Assembly (NCBI GenBank): GCA_905331295.1
Contig: CAJNYD010000058.1
Location: 186,001-250,000 of the forward strand
Direction of reading: 5' to 3'
DNA: 64,000 nucleotides
Source of the DNA: Rotaria socialis
Taxonomy: Eukaryota
Part shown: positions 29,301-38,894 of the stretch, in pieces
Layout: the number at the start of each line of letters is the position of its first letter
Position numbering within the stretch: the stretch's first letter is position 1
The notes under the pieces: model-generated
Database searches by the model: none
What the model was told of the DNA's origin: nothing
The model's input: only the letters and a program-made list of their open reading frames with translations
Translations under genes and position numbers: made by a program

Positions 29301-30849
29301 TTTTGGGGAAAAAAAAGAAATAAAACAAAAATGATGACTATTTATCCGATGATATCATCTTCGTTATTGTATCTTCTTGAATACTTTTGGTCGTAAGTGT
29401 GAACGAAATACTTCTGTATGAAACATCGATATATACACATCGAATATGTTATGAAAGTGTTTAAATATGAGAAGTGAAATATGTCTAATGATTGAAAAGA
29501 AGTATAGTCGATAATAAATAGAATAAATATGAAAAATGAGTTATGCGATGTGACTGATTGAGCATTAATATTATTTATAAAAGATATGAACTTAATTTTA
29601 TAATTGACAGAATATATGATTTGTTTTTTATATTAAAAATTAAAAATATAATTCTCTTTAGAAAAAGCAGTCGGTATTCCAGAATTTTGGTTACAAGTAT
29701 TCAAAAATTCAGATGTTCTATCAGAACTAATTAAAGTATAATAAATTAAACATTTTTCAAATGAATTGAAAATTCGAACTTTGCTTTTTAAACTTAGGAA
29801 CAAGATGAGCCTGTCTTGAAGCATCTTATTGATGTACGTATCACAATGCAAGATGAACCACAACAAAAAGGTTTTACCATCGAATTTGAATTCACAGCGA
29901 ATGAATATTTTACGAATCCATCATTAACCAAATCTTATGAACTTCGTATGGGACCTGATGAGGAAGAACCATTGTCATATGAAGGACCAGAAATCGTTAA
30001 ATCGAAAGGTTGTGAAATTCATTGGAATAAAGGAAAAAATGTAACCATTAAAATGGTTAAAAAACGACAAAAACATAAGAATCGTGGAACAATTCGTGTC
30101 GTTACTAAAGAAGTACAAACCGATTCATTTTTCAACTTTTTTACGCCGCCAACTGGTATACGTTAACAGAATTTTGTTTCCTTCTTTTTAATAAAAGAAA
30201 AATATTTTCTTCATTTTTAGTACCTGAAGAACTCGATGCTGAACTTGAAGATAGCGATGAAATGCGTATGCTAGCTGCTGACTTTGAAATTGGACATATG
30301 CTTCGAGATTCAATTGTACCTAAAGCTGTACTTTATTACACTGGTGAAGCTGGTGATGAAGAAGATGGAGATGTATGAAAAAAATCTAATTTAATAGAGC
30401 AATTGCAAAATATTGATTTTTTGTTTAAATTTTTCTAGTACGATGAAGATGATGAAGATGAAGACGACGGTGAGATTATTAGGAAGAGTTTTAAATAATA
30501 ACTAATCAATGCTTCTTTTAGATGAGGATGACGAAGAAGAACCAGAAGAAGAAGAAGATGAAGGTAAATATAGATATTATCATTTTGTTTTCATTACTTA
30601 ATTGTGCCATTTAGGTCACGGACATCATCATCATGCCGGTGGTCGAGGTGGACATCATCACGGCGGTGGTAAACACGGTGCAGCAGGGGGTGCTGGTGGC
30701 GTAAGTATTTCTTTACTTTTTTTCGTGATTTTTTTTTTATAAATGAAACAAAAACTTTCGTTTTTAAATAGAAATCTCGAGGTGGTAAACAAGGTTCAGG
30801 TGGTGGTGCCAACGGTGCGGGACAACAACCAGAATGCAAACAGCAATAG
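26337..30849 (+). CDS. NAP1L1: Nucleosome assembly protein 1-like, multi-exon
   Basis: LPAEVVRRVNALRNLQ, GIPEFWLQVFKN, EQDEPVLKHLIDV, FEFTANEYFTN, DSFFNFFTPP, DFEIGHMLRDSIVPKAVLYYTGEA, acidic tail and terminal ECKQQ* CaaX motif; stop 30847-30849. Confidence 0.95.
27339..27508. mobile_element. Decayed MITE-like element in NAP1 intron 1
   Basis: GC-richer island; left tagagggctgacaaagatccagaaaaagtccacttt vs reverse complement of right tagcagcagttgcaaagttccgagaaaatggcacttt (imperfect TIRs). Confidence 0.35.
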
Positions 30850-31617
30850 AAAAATAAAAGAACAAATAAAATAAAAGAAAGAAAAATTAAAGCAAATCGA
30901 CGATGGATTTGCCTATTTTTTTCTCTTCTACAGATGCTACGTTTTCTCGTTCTGTTCTTCTTTTTTTTTCCAGAAAATCGTTTATTGTTGTTCTTGTTCA
31001 TGTTGTTATATCTTGGAAGTTTTCTCTCATTTATTTACAGGCATTAGAAAAAATCAAGTTGTGGAAAAAAAATATTAAAAGATTCAAAGAAAAGATAGAA
31101 AACGAACAAAGATAAATGAATCTGTTATATAAATGTGTTTTTTTTTTTTGTTTCGTGGTAAAATGGGATACTTGTTCAATCTTAAATGGTGAGGAGAGGA
31201 AGAAGAAAAAGGAGAAGAAGAAAAAACTGAACAGAAAAAGATGAAAAACAAATTGCACCGTCATTATCCTTTTTCTTTTTTCACCACCTCCCTTGCGTCC
31301 TCGTGCGCTATTGCATTTTTTTTTACATTGCACTTTGCCTAGCACGAAAAATGAAAATATCACTTTGGCTTATTTCACCTTGTTCTCAGGTTATTATCAA
31401 CAACGAGGCTTGACGATAGAACAATATCATTTATCTTTCTCTTTCTCTTCTACCTAATGAACCTGTAAGATAATGGAAATAGCATAATATTTGGTTCATT
31501 AATTTCAGATTCAATCTATAATGAAAAGACTTTCACGTTTCCATCTATGAATTATATTAACTATAAAAAGACTAGCATTATATAATCTAAATTCAATAGT
31601 CACCTGAAAGGAAGAGA

Positions 31618-32852
31618 ATGACAACTTCCGATGATTACGAAAGTCTTCCAGATTCAATGCATCCAGCTATACATATGGCTGCTGGAGCATTAGCTGGTAT
31701 TGGTGAACATTGTATTATGTATCCAATTGATGTAGTTAAAGTATATTGAATAGTTCTTTTTAATTGAAATAATCGTAGATTTTCTTTATATTTTTATAGA
31801 CTAGGATGCAATGCATTAATCCTGATCCTCATGCAAAATATCGAGGAATAGTACATGCTATGCGAGAAATGATGACTAATGAAGGCTTTTTTAGACCTGT
31901 CGGTGAATTTTTCTTGAATACTTATCAAATAGATCAATCTATATATTGATTTTTTTTGTTTCATGTAGGTTCGTGGCATGCATGTTGTAGCTATAGCAGC
32001 TGGACCTGCTCATGCACTTTATTTTTCCTGTTATGAAAGAATGAAATTATTACTTAGCGGAAGTTCCCAAGTTGGTCATAATCCATTAGCTAATGGATTA
32101 GCCGGTTGTTTCGCTACTTTGTTGCATGATGCATTAATGGTACCTGCCGACGGTAAAACTTAAACATATTTATAATCAGTAAAATTAAATTTATTGATTA
32201 AAATTTAGCTATCAAACAGCGTCTTCAAATATATGCATCTCCATATTCTGGTGCAATGGATTGTTTACGTAAAATCCGTCAACGTGAAGGTCTATCTGTA
32301 CTGTATCGAAGTTATACAACACAATTAACAATGAATATTCCATTTCATTCAGTACATCTTATTGTTTATGAATTATTCCAAGATGAACTAAATTATGAAC
32401 GAGCGTATGATCCAATATCACACGTTATATCAGGTGCTGCAGCTGGTGCCCTAGCTGCAGCCATAACAACACCATTAGATGTTTGTAAGACACTATTAAA
32501 CACACAAGAGTGTTGTTTAGTATCCACTGGTGGCCCAACATGTGTATTAACTAAAAGTTCAACTATAACATCGGCAACAGCAACACCACCAAATAAAGCA
32601 TTCGCCACTGAAGAAGCAAAAGGACTTATAAGCGCAGTTCGATTAATATATATGCAAGGTGGACTAACGGTATTTTTCAAAGGTTTAACACCACGTGTTC
32701 TTTATCAGATGCCAAGCACAGCCGTTGCTTGGTCTTGTTATGAGTTTTTTGTAAGTAATACTGAAAACAATTGTTACAAAGAAAAAACACAGAAAAGTTT
32801 TTTTTTTTAATTTTAGAAACACTTTTTTTCCGGAAAATCAACAGTATTATGA
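31618..32852 (+). CDS. SLC25A37: Mitoferrin (mitochondrial iron carrier, SLC25A37/28 family), 5 exons
   Basis: [11 protein letters not shown]...[86 protein letters not shown]; three carrier signature motifs; stop TGA 32850-32852. Confidence 0.95.
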
Positions 32853-33501
32853 CCTATGTTGGCGTCAACAGGTGCCATTAGTTGGCGCTAAACGTTTTCC
32901 TTATATGTTATTGTTTCTTTAAGTTTTCATCTATTAGGTAATTTGTTGGATAAACCAACTCATGATCGATTTTCTACTGTTACTTGTTTCTTTTCAATTG
33001 ATTGATTTTCTCTTCTCGGAATCAGTTCAGTGTTTCTAATAGAAATCTGAAACAAAGTATTCAATACCGAGTTTTTTTATACAAACAAAGTATCACAAAG
33101 TGTCCAAGATTAATTTTGATCCGATTAAATTAAAAAAGAAAAAAATATATATTGATTTACTAATATTAAGCCCAAATAAAAAATATGCCAAAAAACAATT
33201 GTGATCACATGCGATAAATGAATATTTAATCTGCTATTTCTTAGATGAATTCGAAAAAAACAATTTACCAAAAATATCACGTTATATTTAAGTTTCTGGT
33301 TGTTTTTTCGAAGCGGAAACATATTTACGAGCACACGTTGAAGTTGATTTCTTTATAATCTTCGGCTTATTGCAACTATAAGTTCCATGTTCAGTAGTTG
33401 ACGAGTGTTGTTGATTATCATGAATATTAGAATTATAAAATGAACATGGAGATAAATTGGATCTCTAATAATGAAAGAAGTAAACAGTTCGAAGTTTCAA
33501 T

Positions 33502-33695
33502 CCCAGGACGAGCTTTACGACGTCCGTATACGGTGAAATACGGGCCGTATACGGCCGTTTTCTGCCGTATACGGCGGTAAATCGCCGTATTTGGCCGTAT
33601 ACGGCACAGAGATTTACGATCGTAATACGGAGCCATGTAATACGGCCAAATACGGCGATTTACCGTCGTATACGACCGTGTATGTTCGACCTGGG
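33502..33695. mobile_element. Palindromic MITE with CCCAGG termini
   Basis: Starts cccaggacgagc, ends gttcgacctggg; repeated CCGTATACGG palindromes and a ~35 bp internal inverted repeat; AAT on both flanks. Confidence 0.8.
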
Positions 33696-33768
33696 AATTC
33701 AATGAAAAGTAAAGTAAAGTATCAATAATTTTCAGCAGGTGTCCCCTTAATACTTTTTTCCAACGTGT

Positions 33769-34085
33769 TGTAACGATAAATATGGGACCCTATTTGGGTA
33801 GATATATTAATGACAAACTGTATAGAGGTGGAGTAGCTTACCAACACTCTCGGCAATGATGTTTATTCGCTTCTTCACATATCCAGAGTGTAACAACTTC
33901 AAAGATAACACACGTATGTATAGGAGAGAGACAGGAGATATATATATTAGAACAATGGAAAGAGAATAGAAAGAGAAGGAAGGAGAATCATCCAAGCGTG
34001 CCGTCAATGTCGGCACAAGTGTAAAATAGAGTATGAATCAAAGTGCACAAGGATCATGGATACTTTGTTATCACTGTGGATCCTT
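33769..34085 (-). mobile_element. Truncated LTR-like segment
   Basis: On the minus strand: pyrimidine tract, TATATA, AATAAAC, ending ...GTTACA at 33769; same layout as the solo LTR at 47167; other end cut by the CCCA-terminated segment at 34086. Confidence 0.45.
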
Positions 34086-35988
34086 CCCAGGTCCATCACT
34101 AAGACCACCTGAAAAATGGGCATTAAACTGCCTGAAACGGTTAATAAACGGCGTAATTAACGCCCTAAACGCTGGAAAACGATCGTCGTTGTTTAGCCGT
34201 TTTCCGTCAGTGAGCTCGGATTACGGACCGCTTTTCCTCCGAAAGTTAGCGACGTCATTTAAGGCCGTTTCCGATAAAAAAAAAGGTCGAGTGATAAAAG
34301 GACTCTATTTTCGCTTTTTTCTTCTCAATCTCGCCGTTTTTCAGCGTTTATAATGAGTGCTGCGTTGGTCATCCATATTTTATTCCTCAAAATGAAATAC
34401 AATACAATAAAATTAAAATTAAAAAAATTATACGATAAAATACAATGCATAAAATAAAATAAATAAAATTCTAAAAGTAAAATAAAATAGATTAATATAA
34501 TATAAAGCAAATAGAATACAAGACAGTATCTAAAAAATAAAATAAAATAAAATGTATACAATAGGTTGAAAGACAGTGTCTTAGTGGCATTGTGTCCAAA
34601 TCTCGAAAGAAAAATCTCGAAGAAAAAATCTTAAATATAATTATTTCGAAAAATTTAAATTCGAGAAGTTCATATCTCGAAAACTTTTCGTTACGAAATC
34701 AAAAATCTCGAAAGAATTAATTATCGAAAGCAAAAGTTCCGAAAAATTCAAATATCGAGGAAAGAAATGTCTAATAGTTAACTGTTCATGGTAGATATGT
34801 TCATAATTATATGATGGGATGTGGATAAGGTTGAAATTTTATTTTAAAACCTTACGACAATAAATCAATAAAATGGACAAATAAAATGAGAAGTAACGAG
34901 AACATTACTTCGTTCCGACCAATAGAGAAAGTCCTTCGAGGAGGTCACTGAAATTTGTTTTATTTTGATTAAAATCCGATTGACCTGAATCGATTCAATG
35001 TTGAAGACTACGCGCTTTTTTGTGGGTGTGGATGTGGGTATACGTTCAGTAGATGAGTAAGAGAGAACCCACACCCACACCCTCAAGATACTTGTCAACA
35101 TCTTGAGAAATCTCTAATCGTTCAGGTACCGGTATATGGGTATGAGGATTTTCTGCGTATTTAAGAAATTGATCATCAGAATTTAGGTAAACACCAGCAT
35201 TACACAATTCGATCTCACATAACCAATAACTGACTTTCGCAGTGGATTTGTTTTGCTGATAAATATAACCATCAATGACAAGAAGACGTGTTTTCTTATT
35301 ACTAATAAGGTATGAAATTGTAGATGTTTGATCGGTATATTGCTTGATGGCATTTTTTTTATGTAATGGAAATAAAAATAGTCAATAACAGACGTAAAAG
35401 AAGATGGTTTTATAAACGGCCAACGGGACGAGAGACCAATGAATGAAGATAGTTTGTGCGATATGGACGATCTACACAAAAGAGAAGAAAAATAAGAATT
35501 ATCACTCGTGAGCACAGACCGCAAGAACGGACGAAAGAAAAATAAAAGAAACAGGCCAGTCATAACAATATCTATTTTATATTGACCAAGTGTTCGTAGA
35601 ATGAGAGAATATCTTTCAAGATTTGTTTTTTCGAAATGTGATGTAGCAAAATTGGTCGCTCTTCTGTTCAAGATCTAATTTTTTCTGGATTTTACTTTTC
35701 GAAATATTAATTTTTCGAAATTTCGTCTTTCGAGATTTGGACAGCAATTCGTCTGCGTGTATTTTACCCATATTTATATCTAAAAATAAAAGACATAAAA
35801 CGGCAAAAAAATTCGCCTTAGAAGGTAGTCGTTTCCGACGACACGGAAACCACCACCTAAAAAACTACCGTTTTTAGTCCTATCACATCGTTTTCCAGTG
35901 CTTCATCGATGGCCATCGTAACGGCTGCTGGTTTTAACGGTTTTTCAGTCGTTTAGGGCCGTTTACGGACCGTTATATACGACGTGGG
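34086..35988. mobile_element. ~1.9 kb non-autonomous DNA element (or fusion of two) with CCCA(G/C)GTC termini and AAACGG/CCGTTT subterminal repeats
   Basis: Left cccaggtcc..., right ...gacgtggg; aaacgg/ccgttt motifs clustered at both ends; ccctaaacg near the left end mirrored by cgtttaggg near the right end; no TSD found. Confidence 0.6.
34587..35750. mobile_element. Nested Mutator(MULE)-like non-autonomous element
   Basis: TIR gcattgtgtccaaatctcgaaaga / tctttcgagatttggacagcaattc; many TCGAAA/TTTCGA subterminal repeats; flanks gtcttagtg and gtctgcgtg (7/9 match, 9-bp TSD-like). Confidence 0.7.
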
Positions 35989-37139
35989 TAAGTTGAAACT
36001 AGAACAAGATCGAGATCCCGATATACAAAAGATAATTCAAAATATTCATTCACCATCTTATCAATTATCATTTGTTTTACTAGAAAAAATTCTTCATGAA
36101 GTAATCACATTAAAACAAAAACCTCAATTAACAACAAAATTAATATATCTACTATCATCGATGATATATTCTTTGTTACGTGCTTGTCATAATGATCCTA
36201 TGACAGGTGCACATTTTTCTACAGATCGTACCTATTATAAAATTCGCAATCATTTTTGGTGACCACAAACGAACTTCGCCATTCACAAATATATAAAAGC
36301 TTGTAATTTATGTCGACAGTATAATGCAAGTCGTCATAAAAAACATGAGCAATTACACCCTATTTCGCCTCCGGATGGACCATTTACCTCAATAGGTATT
36401 GACTATTGTGGTCCTTTTAAGCACACTTCTCGAGAGAATCAATACGTGCTTGTATAATAACTGATTATTTTACAAGATATATTACAGCAGTTGTGTTGCC
36501 AAACTGTGCGACTGAAACTACAGTCCAAGCTTTATTCAACGAATTTTTCTGTAAATATGGTATTCCATCAGTTACCCAGGTCGAACATTTCTGCCACCGG
36601 AACCAGTAGGATACTCCAGGAAATATGCGGGAAAGTCACCATATTCTGCAAGAAAACACGGGAAATCGCTGGAACATGGAAGCATTATTCCGGTCAAAAA
36701 TACGACCGAACTTTTCAGGCGAATTCCTGCCAAGTTCCGATGCTTTCCGGCAGGAATGGATCAGAAATCACTGGAAAAAATGCAAAAATTTTCCGACTGG
36801 AATACGGCTTCCACAAAATCAACGGAACTACACGGAACCTGCCATTTCCAGACCGGACTGTTCGACCTGGGTATATTAAGTGATCAAGGATCACATTTTC
36901 AGAATAAATTGATGAAGAATATTCAAAAGCTTATTGGATATAACCATATTTACAGCATCCCGTATCATCCTCAGACGAAAGAAGTGGTTGAGTGTTTCAA
37001 TGCTACTTTCGTACCACAAATATCAAAACTACAAGACACTCAGAATAATAACTGGGATGAATTCTTACAAGCAATTGTCTCTGCAAACAACACAGGCGTA
37101 CATAGAACTACTAATTTTTTCCCTTACGAGCTATTGTAA
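35989..37139 (+). pseudogene. Ty3/gypsy retrotransposon integrase remnant (in-frame stop, frameshift, MITE insertion)
   Basis: HHCC zinc finger (CHNDPMTGAHFS...CNLC), IGIDYCGP, TDYFTR, GIPSV[insertion]ILSDQGSHF, PYHPQT...E; TGA at 36260-36262 in place of Trp; frameshift near 36455. Confidence 0.9.
36575..36871. mobile_element. MITE with perfect 13-bp TIR CCCAGGTCGAACA inserted in the gypsy integrase, TA duplication
   Basis: cccaggtcgaaca ... tgttcgacctggg; flanked by TA on both sides; removing the element plus one TA restores gtt ata tta agt gat caa gga (VILSDQG). Confidence 0.92.
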
Positions 37140-37686
37140 CCTGTGTAATTTTTTACAAACAGGTTAGTGATATATCTGTGTTCTATTTATTTATTTTGCT
37201 TCACATTATATAATTAATTAAATTGTTGTCTTCTACTTTTTTCCATCTCCTTATGTATATGTTCTATTAATATCACCATTATTATTGTACTTTGATTTTG
37301 TTTTGGTTGGTATTACTATCTCGTGTTTTGTTATTTTTCACAATTGTTATAATCATGTACATGAACAATACACATAACAACTCAGGACAAGATTACTGCA
37401 ATTACTTTATATGTTGTATCCTAGTAGCTTTGCCCAGCAAATAAAAATTGAGAGCATTTTAAAAAGAAATTAAACTGCACGTCAGTCAATTAGAAGACAT
37501 AAATTATCTATTAAAATCAATTCTGGCTATTGGATATAAACGGCTTATAATATATTGTTTTTTCTTCATATCTTAAGAATCATGTTATTAAGTATCACAA
37601 TATGATGTCACTAATCAATTCCCGTCTCATAATTCTTACTTCCCAGCACAAGAACGTCATTGATTCAATTTGTTATCACTGTCAAC

Positions 37687-38711
37687 TAGAGCCCATCGGG
37701 TCCACATATTCTTGGACCTGGACCCGAACCCGATAAATCAGAATCTTCAGACTGGAACCGGGAACCAGACCTGGTCGATTAAAATTTTGATACCCGGACC
37801 GGGACCCGGTACATCAAAAGTGATTGGACCTATACTAGCCGGGACACTAAAACTTTGAAACTACTCTGATAAAATTATTCAAATTGAAGTAAACCCCCTC
37901 CCATATTAGAAGACCTCTCAGCTTGTATCACGCGAAACCATCAAAAGTTTCAAAAATGGTGTTTTCATAGGAAACAGATTACTTTCTTAGGGGGGATTTT
38001 CTATTATGGGAGGGGGGTTAGCGTTCCTCAACTTTAATCTTTAAATTTAAAGCTAAAACTAGCATATCTTCAAGTTTAACTTTCTAGAAAGCCAAAATTT
38101 AAAGTATATTTTTTAGAGAATCTTTCTTTTGTTAGAATTATTTTTTAATGAAAAACAAATAATTCTGAACAAAAAAATTCCTTTCATGAAAACATTTCTT
38201 CGAACTTCAAATCTTTGGACTGCAAATTTTAATCATGCTTCTTTCAATTTGAAAGGTAATTTAAGCTCGCATTCTTAACAAAAACCTAGTTTATTAGTCA
38301 AAATAGATCTGGAGTAAAGCGTACTCTTAAACTTGCAGTCAAATTTTCTAATTAACTCTGGTGGTCGCTCCGAAGTTACGGCATACTTTTGTACTTTTTT
38401 GTTATGCAAGTAGTTGATCTTGCACGTTCTTTCAACTATCCGATAAATTGTCTTTAACAATTAATTTATGATGGACTCTGACTTCTAGTGACTCGCTATT
38501 AGTTTGCAGCTTCGAATGGAATAAGGAACACATGTATTAAAGTGTTTATATTGTTTCTTATGTTAGGCAACTGCTCCGTCACCAACATCGACTTCGCTTT
38601 CACTCAATTATATGCATAAAAATTTTCTTTTGATCTGGCCCAATAAGTAAAAATATTTTTAATCTGGACCCGACAAAGAGAAATTTTTAGACCCGGAACC
38701 GGCGGGCTCTA
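37687..38711. mobile_element. Non-autonomous hAT-type DNA transposon (1025 bp)
   Basis: TIR tagagccc...gggctcta; perfect 8-bp TSD ctgtcaac (37679-37686 and 38712-38719); GGACCC/GGACCG subterminal repeats. Confidence 0.92.
37892..38019. mobile_element. Small MITE nested in the hAT element
   Basis: aaccccctcccatattagaa vs ttctattatgggaggggggtt form a ~20 bp imperfect inverted repeat. Confidence 0.6.
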
Positions 38712-38894
38712 CTGTCAACACATCTGACGATTTATTAACATCATTGTTATTTTTCTACTGTTTACCTGAATCTATTTCATTTTCAATCTTATAACATTTT
38801 GTCATTTTTTTTCCAAAATACGTTTCAATTCTTATACCGTTATTGATGTTATTAGGACAAAAACAATAGGATTTATACTTGATTTTTCATTGAT

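Noticed and set aside
16089..30849. Functional cluster of a polyglutamylase (TTLL6) and a glutamylation substrate (NAP1)
   Set aside because: Proximity only; NAP1 glutamylation is mainly attributed to other TTLL members, and nothing in the sequence links the two genes.
30594..31363. Minus-strand ORFs over the NAP1 3' end, and similar antisense ORFs over the Gln-rich gene and mitoferrin
   Set aside because: Shadow ORFs of real plus-strand exons or low-complexity Phe/Lys-rich UTR sequence.
33502..33695. CCGTATACGG repeats as a CRISPR-like array or as ORF 33433-33702
   Set aside because: No constant repeat with unique spacers and no cas genes; TIRs explain it as a MITE, and the ORF is a by-product of higher GC.
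34033..34353. CYHCGS as a gag zinc knuckle in ORF 34033-34353
   Set aside because: The CCHC motif is incomplete, and the ORF crosses the boundary between an LTR-like segment and a DNA element.
36491..36883. ORFs 36491-36883 and 36625-36879 as genes
   Set aside because: They run through the inserted MITE and are not in the integrase frame.
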